From assembly GCA_049975265.1 (NCBI GenBank), contig JBNGDF010000012.1, positions 1,513-65,512 of the forward strand: 64,000 nucleotides of DNA, given 5' to 3'. Origin of the DNA: Fidelibacterota bacterium (GTDB taxonomy: Bacteria > Fidelibacterota > UBA2242). Shown here one piece after another: positions 1-10,476 of the stretch; positions within the stretch are counted from its first letter, which is position 1; every line of letters starts with the position of its first letter. A program made the position numbers and the translations under genes. Under the pieces are notes generated by a model that saw only the letters and a list, made by a program, of their open reading frames with translations, had not been told where the DNA came from and did not search any database.

Positions 1-442
1 CGGAACCCTCCTGGTGGACGGCGGTCTGCGGGAAAATTTACCCCTCAGTGCTCTCAGGAATTTCAAATACGATACCCTGATCGGTGTCAATGTCCTGAAA
101 ACACCGCAACTGAAACTCGAGGGTATCTGTACCCCCATCAGTGTGAAGAGAGATGAGACTAAGGATACAGAGCCGGACAATTTTTTCCAGAGGATCGCCG
201 AAGCGCTCCAAATCCGGATTTCCAACCGCCTGAATCACCTGCCCCGTCTGACCTACGCCGGCTATCAGTCGATTCTGATTATGCTCACGGAGCTCTCCAA
301 CAAGGAGATTCAAATCTGTGAACCCGACCTGGTGCTGCACCTGGATCTATCCAAGATTCGTCCCTGGGAGTTCTGGCGTGCTGCCGAAGCCATCGAAATC
401 GGCTATCGGGAATCGCTGGAGCAGCTGCAAAATTTTTCCTGA
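1..442 (+). CDS. patatin-like phospholipase, C-terminal part (5' end outside window)
   Basis: The frame is open from position 2. It reads ...GTLLVDGGLRENLPL, the patatin catalytic-Asp DGG motif. The track start at 14 is an internal GTG. Confidence 0.55.
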   Translation, partial: GTLLVDGGLRENLPLSALRNFKYDTLIGVNVLKTPQLKLEGICTPISVKRDETKDTEPDNFFQRIAEALQIRISNRLNHLPRLTYAGYQSILIMLTELSNKEIQICEPDLVLHLDLSKIRPWEFWRAAEAIEIGYRESLEQLQNFS

Positions 443-541
443 AAACGGGGTATACTCCTTTACTTTTAGCACAGAAATATTGTATTTTTAATAGTAATTG
501 CGAAAACTCCCGGACCCCCCCATGGTAAATTTTGCTGAAAC

Positions 542-3500
542 ATGACTGCTCCCCAAAATCTACCCTCTTTTGACCCTGCCCGTGAAGACGGTAATGCAGT
601 CCTGGAGATCATTCCGGATGCTGCTCTCATCATCGGTATCGACGGGAATATCCTGCACTGCAACCAGCGCTTTGAATCACTTACCGGTTACCGGCGATCC
701 GATCTGACCGATTTGCCCCTGGCAGATATTCCGCTGTTTTCCTGCAAAGACCGTCCGATTGTCCTGAAGATGTTCCGGGAGGTGCTGAAAGCAGAACGGG
801 AAGAGACTCTCCGGCTGGACTGGCATCCCCGGGAAGGTTTGCCCTCTACCGGGGAAGTGCAGCTTCGACCCTTCCGGAAAAACGGCGCGGCTACCGCCGT
901 TTTCCTGTTTATAAGGGACCTGAGCATTCCGCCATCAGCCCTGGAGACATTGCAAAAGACCACGACGGATTATCGGCAGATATTTGAAAATATGCGCGAC
1001 GGTTGGGTCATCACCGATCTGAAGAGTGTTATCCGGGAGGTGAACCCTGCTTTCGCCGAAATGACCGGCTATACCCGGACCCAGCTGATGGGTAAAAAAC
1101 TGACTGACATCACCCTCTCCAAATGGCACAAATTTGTAAAGTACGCTGTCGAAGAAGAAGCTCTGATTCACGGTCGCTCCGGAATTTATTACAAAGAAAT
1201 CAGCCGCAAAGACGGATCGGTTCTACCGGTAGAATCCGTCATATTTCTGGAAAGAGATCGCCATAACAGACCCAGAGGCATGTGGAACATGATCAGGGAT
1301 ATTACCGATCGGAAAAACGCCCAGGAGGCGGTGGCGGTCAGCGATTACCTGTACCGCCTGACCCTTTCCAATATCTCGGAAACCGTGTTCGTTACCGACG
1401 ATGCCGGCGACTTCACTTTCATCTGTCCCAGTACGGAAAAGATCTTTGGCTATCCGAAAGATGAGATCGCTGCCCTGGAAAATGTCAGCAATCTGTTCGG
1501 TCGTCAAATCTTCGATCCGGTAAAGCTGCGTTCCGCCGGCGAACTGGTTAACATTGAGCAGCGGATCGGGGATAAATTCGGGCGCCAGCACGACCTGCTG
1601 GTTTCCGTCAAGGCGGTGGTAATCGGTAAAGGGACGACACTCTATACCTGCCGCGATATCACCGACCGGAAAAGGATCGACCGGCTGTGGGCGCTTCATC
1701 GCGAAATCCTTGAAGAGGTAGCCCGGGGTTTATCACCGGGGAAACTGTTTGACCGGATCACAATGAGGATCGATGAGCTGCTGCCCGCCGCGCATTCTGC
1801 CCTTTTTCTTATGATGCCGGACAATCAACATCTTCATCTTGTTTCCGGTCCGCATATTCCGGATAAATGGAAAGAGCGGATGAAAATTCTCAGAATCCAT
1901 AAGGATCATACCTCCTGCACCGCGGCGGTCCAAAGAGCCGAAGCGATATTTGTCAGTGACATTTCAAAAAGTGATCTCTGGAAAAACAGCCGTACCGCTG
2001 CCCGCAAGGCGGGTATCCGCGCCAGCTGGTCACAGCCCATTCTGGCGTCTGATCAAAAACATGTTCAGGGGGTGCTTTCTCTTTACTTTGGTGCCGTTCA
2101 CCAGCCCGATGAATACGAAGGTCAGTTGCTGAAAACGCTGACCGAACTGATTGCGCTGGTGCTTGAGCATCGTCAGAACCAGGAAAAGGTGCAGACGGAA
2201 CGGGAACGACTCTATCAGGTTTTGGACATACTGCCGGGAAGTGTCTGTCTTTTTGGAACCGATCATAAAATCGCCTTTGCCAACCAGCACTTCCGGGATC
2301 AATACGGTTCGGATTTCAGCAAGCCCTGTTTTGAAATTATGCACGCCAAAAGCCAGCCCTGTGCCGACTGCCCCACTTTCCAGGTCTTTGAAACCGGCAA
2401 ATCCCGCATCTATGAGTGGACGCTGAACAATGGTGCCACCTGTCTGGTGCACGATCTGCCCTTCACCGACATCGACGGTTCTCCGCTGGTGCTGGAGTAC
2501 AGCCTGGATATCAGCGACCGGATCAATATGGAGAAATCGCTGCGTGCCAGCGAGGAACAGTTTCGCCTGATCTGGGAAAAATCACCTCTAGGATTGCGAT
2601 TGACGGATGCAGACGGTCAAATTGTCCGGGTCAATGGAGCCTATTGCAAAATGGTCAAAAAAAGCGCCGGTCAGCTCGAAGGACAACCGCTCTCCTGTGT
2701 CTATGAAAAATCCCGGCAGAACCATATTCTCGAAAGCCATCGTCGCCGCTTCAACGGCAGGACCGTTAAACGACACTTTGAAACTGAACTCACCCTTTGG
2801 GACGGTTCCAGGATTTGGCAACGCGTCTCCAACGCCTACTTTCAGTACGGTGATCCGCCCCGGGAACTGCTGCTGGGTATTTTTCAGGACATCAGCGAAC
2901 GTAAAAAAGCCGAGAATATATTGCAGAAAAGCGAAGAACGCTACCGCGCTTTTATTAACGCCACCCGGGATATGGTCTTTATCAAGGATGATGCCTTTCG
3001 CTATGTGGTGGTCAATCGCGCCAACCAGGAGTTTTTCGGAAAACCGGAGGAGGAGATTCTTGGCAAAACCGACTTTGATCTGATGTCGCCCGGGGCTGCC
3101 CGGCGCTGCCGCGAGACCGACAAACAGGCACTGCAATCTGATAACATCGTCAATAGTATTGAAAAAGTAAACGGGAGAATGTACGAAACCCGCAAATTTA
3201 TGGTGCCCATTGGCGACCGCAAAGGGGTTGGTGGCTTTATCCGGGATATTACAGAAAGACGGATCGCCGAAGAAAATCTGCAGTTTCAGGCGATGCTGCT
3301 GGATCGGATTCAAGACGGTATTGTTGCCACCGACCTGGAGGGCAATATTACCTATGCCAATGCGACAGAATTGGAGATTCTGGGAAAATCCCTGGATCAG
3401 GTGGTCGGGACCTCGGTCAGGTCCTTCGGTGGCGATCCCCGGCGGGGCGCCACCCAGGAGGAGATTATTGCCGAAACTCTGAAAAAGGGTTACTGGCGCG

Positions 3501-4327
3501 GCGAAGTCGCTAATTATCTGCCGGATGGGAAGCCGATTGTTTGGGACAGCCGGGTGCAGCTGATCCGGGACGGGGAAAACCGTCCGCAGGGAATGGTTGG
3601 CATCAGCACCAACATCACCGAGCGCAAAGAATTTATCAGTAAGCTGGAAAAATCCGAAAAGAGTCTGCGGGCGCTCGCCGGGCACCTGCAAAATATCCGT
3701 GAAGGTGAACGGGTTGCCATCGCCCGGGAAATCCATGATGAAATTGCCCAGATTTTCACCGCCCTGAAAATTGACCTGTCTATCCTGGAGTCCGATCTCG
3801 GGATTCATGTTCCGGATGTTCTCGAAAAATATGCCACTGACTTTACCGGAATGAAGGAGATGCTTGATGCGGGTATCGGGAAAATCCGCAGCCTGATCCG
3901 TCGCCTGAGACCCGAAAAGCTGGAAAATATGGGGCTCATTGAGGCTATCCGGTCACAGCTGGAAGAGGTCCGTCAGTCCGGCGGTCAGAAGACCACCTTT
4001 CATTCCGACCTTAACCACATTCATCTGAATAACGAACAACGGCTGGCTTTTTACCGCATCTTTCAAGAAGCGCTGACCAATATCAGTCGCCATGCCGAAG
4101 CCGACCACATCGCTGTTTCAATCAACCGAAAAAAGGAACGCGTTGTTATGACAATCCGGGACAACGGCATCGGCATTGACCCGGTGCACATGAAAAAACC
4201 GGAAAGCTATGGCATCATCGGAATGCGCGAACGGGCGATTTTTCTGGGTGGAACACTTACCATTAAGGGGCAGCCCGGCGCCGGAACCGAAGTCGTTCTG
4301 GAGATTCCGGAGGACCATGAGGAATGA
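542..4327 (+). CDS. multi-PAS/GAF sensor histidine kinase (HisKA_3 + HATPase_c)
   Basis: 1261-aa ORF with several PAS-like repeats and a GAF-like segment. The C-terminal ERVAIAREIHDEIAQ H-box is HisKA_3 type. GIGIDP...GMRERA...GG.L.I....G.GT is an ATPase G-box. Confidence 0.85.
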   Translation: MTAPQNLPSFDPAREDGNAVLEIIPDAALIIGIDGNILHCNQRFESLTGYRRSDLTDLPLADIPLFSCKDRPIVLKMFREVLKAEREETLRLDWHPREGLPSTGEVQLRPFRKNGAATAVFLFIRDLSIPPSALETLQKTTTDYRQIFENMRDGWVITDLKSVIREVNPAFAEMTGYTRTQLMGKKLTDITLSKWHKFVKYAVEEEALIHGRSGIYYKEISRKDGSVLPVESVIFLERDRHNRPRGMWNMIRDITDRKNAQEAVAVSDYLYRLTLSNISETVFVTDDAGDFTFICPSTEKIFGYPKDEIAALENVSNLFGRQIFDPVKLRSAGELVNIEQRIGDKFGRQHDLLVSVKAVVIGKGTTLYTCRDITDRKRIDRLWALHREILEEVARGLSPGKLFDRITMRIDELLPAAHSALFLMMPDNQHLHLVSGPHIPDKWKERMKILRIHKDHTSCTAAVQRAEAIFVSDISKSDLWKNSRTAARKAGIRASWSQPILASDQKHVQGVLSLYFGAVHQPDEYEGQLLKTLTELIALVLEHRQNQEKVQTERERLYQVLDILPGSVCLFGTDHKIAFANQHFRDQYGSDFSKPCFEIMHAKSQPCADCPTFQVFETGKSRIYEWTLNNGATCLVHDLPFTDIDGSPLVLEYSLDISDRINMEKSLRASEEQFRLIWEKSPLGLRLTDADGQIVRVNGAYCKMVKKSAGQLEGQPLSCVYEKSRQNHILESHRRRFNGRTVKRHFETELTLWDGSRIWQRVSNAYFQYGDPPRELLLGIFQDISERKKAENILQKSEERYRAFINATRDMVFIKDDAFRYVVVNRANQEFFGKPEEEILGKTDFDLMSPGAARRCRETDKQALQSDNIVNSIEKVNGRMYETRKFMVPIGDRKGVGGFIRDITERRIAEENLQFQAMLLDRIQDGIVATDLEGNITYANATELEILGKSLDQVVGTSVRSFGGDPRRGATQEEIIAETLKKGYWRGEVANYLPDGKPIVWDSRVQLIRDGENRPQGMVGISTNITERKEFISKLEKSEKSLRALAGHLQNIREGERVAIAREIHDEIAQIFTALKIDLSILESDLGIHVPDVLEKYATDFTGMKEMLDAGIGKIRSLIRRLRPEKLENMGLIEAIRSQLEEVRQSGGQKTTFHSDLNHIHLNNEQRLAFYRIFQEALTNISRHAEADHIAVSINRKKERVVMTIRDNGIGIDPVHMKKPESYGIIGMRERAIFLGGTLTIKGQPGAGTEVVLEIPEDHEE

Positions 4328-4376
4328 AAAAATCCCTGTTATTTTTCACATATTTCTTTTATAACTTCCAACTACA

Positions 4377-5009
4377 ATGATCAAGGTCCTCATAGCAGAT
4401 GATCACAGCCTGATTCGGGAGGGATTTAAGAAAATCATCGCCCGGGAATCCGACATCACAGTGGTCGGTGAAGCCGCCAACTCCACCGGGGTTTTGGATT
4501 ATCTCGAAAAACAGAGCTGCGATATCGTCGTACTGGACATCACCATGCCCGGCAAAAACGGGCTGGATATTTTAGGCGATATCCGGTTGCGGTATCCCAA
4601 TCTCAACGTCCTCATCCTCAGTATGCACGCCGAAGAGTATTACGCCCTGCGCGCCCTGAAAAACGGCGCCAGGGGCTACCTCACCAAGGAGAGCGCCCCG
4701 GACGAACTGATCAAGGCGATCCGTAAAATTCATAGCGGCAGGATGTATATCAGCCAGGAAGTCGCCGAGCAACTGGCTTACAATATCGGCGGAAAATCCG
4801 AAAAGATGCCGCATGACGAACTCTCCGACCGCGAATTTCAGGTCCTGCAGCTTCTGGCTAAAGGCAAGACCATTTCCGAAATCGGCGAAATGCTCGCCAT
4901 CAGCGCCAGTACCGTCAGCACCTATCGACAGCGCATCCTGGAAAAACTGAATCTGAGGAATACGTCGGAGCTGATTCTGTATGCGGTGAACAACCGCCTG
5001 GTGAGCTGA
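4377..5009 (+). CDS. two-component response regulator, NarL/LuxR family
   Basis: N-terminal receiver domain (IADDHSLIREG...DIVVLDITMPGKNGLD). C-terminal LuxR HTH (LSDREFQVLQLLAKGKTISEIGEMLAISASTVSTYRQRI). Directly downstream of the HisKA_3 kinase. Confidence 0.9.
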   Translation: MIKVLIADDHSLIREGFKKIIARESDITVVGEAANSTGVLDYLEKQSCDIVVLDITMPGKNGLDILGDIRLRYPNLNVLILSMHAEEYYALRALKNGARGYLTKESAPDELIKAIRKIHSGRMYISQEVAEQLAYNIGGKSEKMPHDELSDREFQVLQLLAKGKTISEIGEMLAISASTVSTYRQRILEKLNLRNTSELILYAVNNRLVS

Positions 5010-5018
5010 AGGTACGGT

Positions 5019-6305
5019 TTACGAAGAGATACTTTTTATGATATTAAAAAATTCCGGAAACGAGATTCCCACGCAGTCGGCGTCCCGAATCACCGATTCG
5101 CCGTCCGCAATAGAGGCGGCTACCGAAAGTGCCATGGCAATCCGGTGATCGTCGTAACTGCGGCATTCCGCACCGTACAGTTTCGTCGGTCCCTCTACGA
5201 TAAAGCCGTCCTCGGTCTCTTCAATTGCTGCCCCCATCTTTTTCAACTCACTGACAATCGCCGCAATCCGGTCGCTCTCCTTGATCCGCAGTTCCAGAGC
5301 ATCGCGGACAATCGTTTGTCCCTGAGCCTGGGTCGCCAGGACAGCAATAAGCGGCAGCTCGTCGATCAGTTTCGGGATCAGGCTGCCGCCTATTTCAACG
5401 GCTTTCAGCGGTGCCGACACAACCCGGATATCCGCCAGCGGTTCATTGGCAACCAGCCGCTCATTTATGAGCTCCGGCGCCGCGCCCATCTGCCTGAGGA
5501 CGGACAGCAACCCGGTGCGCGTCGAATTGATGCCCACATCGTGCAGGGTCAAGCGGCTGTCGGGAACGAGGAGCCCCAGCGCCAGCATAAACGCGGCTGA
5601 TGAAATGTCCCCGGGAACCTGAAAATTCCGCGCCGCCGGCTGACGATTTTTTCCGAGAGTGATGACGGCGCCCTTCCGTTGAACCTCCACGCCGCAAAAT
5701 GTCAGCATTCGTTCTGTATGATCGCGGCTTCTGACCGGTTCGATGACCTGCACGGCTCCGCCGGCATAGAGACCAGCCAGCAGGACCGCCGATTTGACCT
5801 GGGAGCTGGCGACCGGCAATTCATAGCTCACGTCGGATAATTCCGTTCCCCGGATAAAAAGGGGGGCGAACCGGTTCGTCCGGCGCCCGTAAATTTCGGC
5901 ACCGTTCTGCGTCAGCGGCTTGATAATGCGGTCCATGGGGCGCCGCCGCAAGCTGGCATCACCGGTCAGGATGGTCGCAAAATTCTGACCCGCCAACAGA
6001 CCGCAGAGCAGCCGCATCGTCGTTCCGGAGTTGCCGCAATCCAGAACATCCTCGGGTTCGCGGAGCGACCACTGCCCCTTTCCGTGGATTTCAATTTCGG
6101 AACCGCGGTGGCGAATATCCGCTCCCAGGGATTGCATACAGTTCAGAGTGGAACGGCAGTCAATCGCCGATGAGTAGTTCCGAATGCGGCTGATTCCGTT
6201 GCCGATTGATGCCAGCATTGCCGCCCGGTGTGAGATTGACTTATCGCCCGGAATGGTGACGTCGCCACGCAGGCGGGTGATGTGCGACAGAGAGATATCC
6301 GCCAC
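5019..6305 (-). CDS. aroA: 3-phosphoshikimate 1-carboxyvinyltransferase (EPSP synthase)
   Basis: 428 aa with KSISHRAAMLASIGNG and LDCGNSGTTMRLL motifs. Last gene of the minus-strand aro operon. Confidence 0.9.
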   Translation of the reverse strand: MADISLSHITRLRGDVTIPGDKSISHRAAMLASIGNGISRIRNYSSAIDCRSTLNCMQSLGADIRHRGSEIEIHGKGQWSLREPEDVLDCGNSGTTMRLLCGLLAGQNFATILTGDASLRRRPMDRIIKPLTQNGAEIYGRRTNRFAPLFIRGTELSDVSYELPVASSQVKSAVLLAGLYAGGAVQVIEPVRSRDHTERMLTFCGVEVQRKGAVITLGKNRQPAARNFQVPGDISSAAFMLALGLLVPDSRLTLHDVGINSTRTGLLSVLRQMGAAPELINERLVANEPLADIRVVSAPLKAVEIGGSLIPKLIDELPLIAVLATQAQGQTIVRDALELRIKESDRIAAIVSELKKMGAAIEETEDGFIVEGPTKLYGAECRSYDDHRIAMALSVAASIADGESVIRDADCVGISFPEFFNIIKSISS

Positions 6306-7319
6306 CTAAATACTCCGCCCGACGGCTTTAGCGACCTTTTCCAGCTCCTTCATCAGCTGTGCAAAATGCTCGAAAGTAATCGATTGATAGCCGTCAGAAA
6401 GCGCCTTATCGGGAAAAGGGTGGACCTCAATCATGACGCCGTCCGCACCGGCGGCGATGGCGGCTTTGGACAGGGGGATAATCATATCCCGGCGACCGGA
6501 AGCGTGACTGGGGTCCACCAGAACCGGCAGATGAGACTGCTGTTTCAGTTCCGGAATACTGCTGATATCCAGCGTAAAACGGGTATAGTCGTTAAATGTC
6601 CGGATGCCCCGCTCACACAGCACGACGTTGTAATTTCCGCCGGACATGATGTATTCCGCTGCCAGCAGAAATTCGCTGATCGTAGCGGAAATACCGCGCT
6701 TAAGCAGAATCGGTTTTTTGCAGTGCCCTGCCCGCTTCAGCAGCGAGTAGTTCTGCATGTTGCGCGCTCCGATCTGAACCATATCCACATATTCTTCCAC
6801 CAGATCAAAGCTCTCCGTATCAACGGCTTCGGAGACTACCGGAATGTCAATGAGCTCCCGGGCATCCGCCAGGATTTCAAGCCCCCGTTTTCCCAAACCC
6901 TGGAAGGAGTAGGGTGAGGTGCGTGGTTTGTAGGCGCCGCCTCGCATCAGATCGGCGCCGAGCATTTTCAACAGGCGTCCGCCTTCATTGGTGCCTTCTA
7001 CAGTTTCAACGGCGCAGGAGCCGGCAATGATTGTCAGCTTTTTCCCGCCGATGGCGACCTTTCCGACCTTTACAACCGTATCTTTGGCTTTCATCTCACG
7101 GCTGCCCAGCTTGTAAGGCTTTTTTACATCATCAATATTCTTGACGCCGGGCATTTTGGCGATTTGCTCCCGATCCAGTCCGGCGTGATCACCGGTCACT
7201 CCCATGGTGCCGGTGGAACCCTTGGGAAGATTATGCACATCACCCCCCATTTTTTTTATCAATTCGGTAACCCGTCTGATCTCCTTTTTTGTTGCCGAAT
7301 CGTCCATTGTAATAACCAT
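6306..7319 (-). CDS. 3-deoxy-7-phosphoheptulonate (DAHP) synthase, class I-beta with N-terminal regulatory domain
   Basis: 337 aa with a KDO8PS/DAHPS-like TIM barrel ([11 protein letters not shown]..., GARNMQN, LKRG). The roughly 70-aa N-terminal extension is typical of Tyr/Phe-regulated Thermotoga-type DAHPS. Its stop abuts the aroA start. Confidence 0.8.
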   Translation of the reverse strand: MVITMDDSATKKEIRRVTELIKKMGGDVHNLPKGSTGTMGVTGDHAGLDREQIAKMPGVKNIDDVKKPYKLGSREMKAKDTVVKVGKVAIGGKKLTIIAGSCAVETVEGTNEGGRLLKMLGADLMRGGAYKPRTSPYSFQGLGKRGLEILADARELIDIPVVSEAVDTESFDLVEEYVDMVQIGARNMQNYSLLKRAGHCKKPILLKRGISATISEFLLAAEYIMSGGNYNVVLCERGIRTFNDYTRFTLDISSIPELKQQSHLPVLVDPSHASGRRDMIIPLSKAAIAAGADGVMIEVHPFPDKALSDGYQSITFEHFAQLMKELEKVAKAVGRSI

Positions 7320-7334
7320 TTTAATATTTCTCCT

Positions 7335-7772
7335 CTACAAAGCACTTATGTTGCGAATAAAATATTCTATAGCCAGAATATATCCGAGATACCCCAGCCC
7401 GCTGATTTGACCCCGGCATACCGGCGCAATCAGCGAGGTCTGCCGGAAATGTTCCCGGGCGTGAATGTTGCTCAGATGGACCTCGATCACCGGAACAGCG
7501 ACCGCTTCCACGGCATCCCGAATCGCTACGGAGCTGTGTGTAAAACCACCGGGATTTAAAACAATCCCGGTCAGCCCTCCTGATTGCTGAATGGCGTCGA
7601 TAATGTCGCCTTCATGGTTACTCTGGACTATGTCCACCGTTACATTTTTGGATTTCGCAAAGGTTGTAATTTTTGCGTTGATCTCGTCCAGGGTCTGCAC
7701 GCCGTAATGCTCCGGCTTGCGCTGCCCCAGCAGATTCAAATTTGGTCCATGAATGACACGAAATTCTGCCAT
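7335..7772 (-). CDS. aroQ: 3-dehydroquinate dehydratase, type II
   Basis: 145 aa. The N-terminus VIHGPNLNLLGQRKPEHYG is the type II DHQase signature. Confidence 0.9.
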   Translation of the reverse strand: MAEFRVIHGPNLNLLGQRKPEHYGVQTLDEINAKITTFAKSKNVTVDIVQSNHEGDIIDAIQQSGGLTGIVLNPGGFTHSSVAIRDAVEAVAVPVIEVHLSNIHAREHFRQTSLIAPVCRGQISGLGYLGYILAIEYFIRNISAL

Positions 7773-9349
7773 GTCAACTCCTTTATGCTACTCTTTCCAA
7801 TGGACGTTAAAACGGGAATTTTCAGCCTCCCGTCCGCCAATTTTTTATCCTGAAGTAAATGCTCCCGCAGTTTCCCGGTCTCAAGCCCTGGTGGCAGGGT
7901 TACCGGCAGCCGGTAACGCCGGATCGTACGGACAATCCGATCGATATCATTCTCCGGCAAGCCGGATATCCGGCGGGCGATCTGTGCCTCCAGCACCATC
8001 CCGGTGGCTACCGCCTCACCGTGCCTGATGCCCCGGTAATGACGACCGGCTTCGATCATATGACCGACGGTGTGTCCGAAATTCAGCAGCGAGCGAAGTC
8101 CGGAAATCTCCCTTTCGTCTGCCCTGACGATGTTTCGCTTAATCTCGACACACCGGTAGACAATGAACCCCAACAGCTCGTTATCGCGCGCCAGCACCGC
8201 CCCGGAATTTTTCTCCAGCAGATCAAACAGTTCACTGTCCCGAATCAGAGCGGCTTTAATCACCTCTGCCAGACCGTTGCGGTATTCCCGTCCGGATAAT
8301 GTTTTCAGCAGTTCAATATCCGCCAGCACTAATTCCGGCTGATAAAAACTGCCGATCAGATTTTTCCCGGCGGGATGATTGACACCGGTCTTGCCGCCCA
8401 CGCTGGCGTCTACCTGTGCCAGCAACGTCGTGGGAATGTGTATCAGCCGGCAACCCCGCTTCAGCGTCGCCGCCACAAATCCGGATATGTCGGTCACCAC
8501 GCCGCCGCCCAGCCCGATGATCAGGTCGCTGCGGTCGAACTGATGTTCCAGAAGGGCGTCGTAGATTTTTACCACTGTCTTCAGTGACTTGAAGCGCTCA
8601 CCGTCAGGAATTACAACGGGTAGAACGGAAATATCCATCGCCGCCAGCAGACTGGTGAACCGGTTTAGCCACAGCGCGCCCACCAGCGGATTGGTGATGA
8701 CCGCACAGCGGCGGGGAACTTTCCGCAACAGCCGGGGCAGCGTCTCCAGAATGCCGGTGCCGATCCGGACGGGGTATTCACCACCTGCCGTTGTTACCGG
8801 TACGGTGATGGTTTTGATCGCTTTGGCTTTTTCGTAGAAATCTTCAATGCGAATTTCAGGATGCGTTTCCCGCAGGATTCTTTCGGCAATCTCCGCTGGT
8901 GACAGGTCATCGGTGGCGATGGTGATTTTTGCTAAGTCGTACATCCCGCGGCGCTCCGCCAATAAATTTTCAACAGCCCCCGGTTGTCTCAGCAAAGGGC
9001 GGGTTTCATCACCCGCCAGACGCTTTTTTACCGTCCCGGCGGTCACTTTCAAATGCACGACAGTTCCCAGTCGCGCCAGACGTTTTTGGTTCAGCGGCTC
9101 TTTGACGATGCCGCCGCCGGTCGCCAGCACGATATTTTGCAGGCCGCGGAGGGAGCGGAGCATTCTGGATTCCAGACGCCGGAAGTAGCTCTCGCCGCTC
9201 TCTTCAAAAATAGCGCTGATGCTGCGCTTTTCCGCCAGTTCGATCATCCGGTCGGTGGACAGAAAGCGCAGACCGCTACGCCGGGCGATTTCACGCCCTA
9301 CGCTGTCCTTACCGCTGCCCATGAATCCGATCAGGATCAAATTTTGCAT
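7736..9349 (-). CDS. aroKB: bifunctional shikimate kinase / 3-dehydroquinate synthase (AroK-AroB fusion)
   Basis: N-terminal P-loop LILIGFMGSGKDSVGREIA (shikimate kinase). The C-terminal 370 aa carry DHQ synthase motifs (GGGVVTDISGFVAAT..., DASVGGKTG). Overlaps aroQ by 37 nt. Confidence 0.85.
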   Translation of the reverse strand: MQNLILIGFMGSGKDSVGREIARRSGLRFLSTDRMIELAEKRSISAIFEESGESYFRRLESRMLRSLRGLQNIVLATGGGIVKEPLNQKRLARLGTVVHLKVTAGTVKKRLAGDETRPLLRQPGAVENLLAERRGMYDLAKITIATDDLSPAEIAERILRETHPEIRIEDFYEKAKAIKTITVPVTTAGGEYPVRIGTGILETLPRLLRKVPRRCAVITNPLVGALWLNRFTSLLAAMDISVLPVVIPDGERFKSLKTVVKIYDALLEHQFDRSDLIIGLGGGVVTDISGFVAATLKRGCRLIHIPTTLLAQVDASVGGKTGVNHPAGKNLIGSFYQPELVLADIELLKTLSGREYRNGLAEVIKAALIRDSELFDLLEKNSGAVLARDNELLGFIVYRCVEIKRNIVRADEREISGLRSLLNFGHTVGHMIEAGRHYRGIRHGEAVATGMVLEAQIARRISGLPENDIDRIVRTIRRYRLPVTLPPGLETGKLREHLLQDKKLADGRLKIPVLTSIGKSSIKELTWQNFVSFMDQI

Positions 9350-10476
9350 ATTCGTTCCCGGTATTGTCGAAAATTGGCTTTGATATCTTCTAAACTGTCA
9401 CCGCCGAACTTTTTCACCACGTCATCGGCGAGCGTCAGCGCCAGCATGGCTTCGCCCACGACGCCGGCTGCCGGCACAACGCAGACATCCGCCCGCTCTT
9501 TTTGAGCTGCCACCGCCCTGCCGGTGTGGATATCGGCGGATTGCAATGGCGTCCGCAGTGACGGCAGCGGCTTGATTTGCATGTATACGACAACATCTTC
9601 GCCGTTGGTCATGCCGCCCTCGATACCGCCAGCGTGATTGGTCTTGCGGAAAAATCTGCTCTTTTTTTGAAAGTAAATCTCATCCTGTGCCGCCGAGCCC
9701 GGTTTGTTGGCGATATCACGGTCGCCGATAATTACCCCTTTGACTGACGGAATAGACATCAGCGCCGCGGCAATTTTGGCGTCCAGACGCTCATCCCACC
9801 GGGTGTATGTGCCCAGCCCGGGGCAGACCCCTGCGGCGCGGATTTCCGCCACACCGCCCAAGGTATCGCCCTTTTTCGCCGCTGCATCAATCCGCTCCAG
9901 CATGCGCTGCTCCTGCAGCGGGTCGGCGCAGCGCAGCGGGGATGTTTCTGTTTCTTCCGCTGTCCGCGTTCTCTGGTCAATTTCAATATCGGCGATGGCG
10001 ATTGTCTGCGACGATAAATGAATTCCAAATTCCCGGAGAAAAAGTTTCATCAGCGCGCCAGCAGCCACCCGTGCGGCGGTCTCCCGGGCGCTGGCGCGCT
10101 CCAGAACATTGCGCACGTCCCGAAAACCGAATTTCTGTACACCCGCCAGATCAGCGTGCCCGGGACGCGGCGCGGTCACCGGTTCGTCAACGGTCAGTTT
10201 TTCCACATTCATCCGCCCCTGCCAGTTGGCATAATCCCGGTTTTGGATCCAGAGGGCAATGGGTGACCCGAGCGTTTGACCGTCACGGACACCGGATAAA
10301 ATTTCCACCTCGTCGGCTTCGATCTGCATCCGTCCGCCGCGACCGTAGCCCTGCTGCCGCCTCCGGAGTTCGGCATTGATAAAGGCAATATCCACCGGCA
10401 GTCCCGCCGGAAAGCCGTCAATAATGACGCTCAGCCCTTTTCCGTGCGATTCTCCGGCGCTGATCATTTTAATCAT
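9337..10476 (-). CDS. aroC: chorismate synthase
   Basis: 379 aa with GESHGKGLSVIIDGFPAGLP and RRRQQGYGRGGRM motifs. Confidence 0.9.
   Translation of the reverse strand: MIKMISAGESHGKGLSVIIDGFPAGLPVDIAFINAELRRRQQGYGRGGRMQIEADEVEILSGVRDGQTLGSPIALWIQNRDYANWQGRMNVEKLTVDEPVTAPRPGHADLAGVQKFGFRDVRNVLERASARETAARVAAGALMKLFLREFGIHLSSQTIAIADIEIDQRTRTAEETETSPLRCADPLQEQRMLERIDAAAKKGDTLGGVAEIRAAGVCPGLGTYTRWDERLDAKIAAALMSIPSVKGVIIGDRDIANKPGSAAQDEIYFQKKSRFFRKTNHAGGIEGGMTNGEDVVVYMQIKPLPSLRTPLQSADIHTGRAVAAQKERADVCVVPAAGVVGEAMLALTLADDVVKKFGGDSLEDIKANFRQYRERICKI

Noticed and set aside
2588-3808. 406-aa minus-strand ORF inside the sensor kinase gene
   Set aside because: Entirely antisense to a 1261-aa ORF with strong domain signatures. 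Low-complexity Gly/Pro-rich translation typical of a shadow ORF in GC-rich coding DNA.
6282-6917. 211-aa plus-strand ORF overlapping DAHP synthase
   Set aside because: Antisense shadow ORF. No motifs. The DAHPS frame is clearly the coding one.
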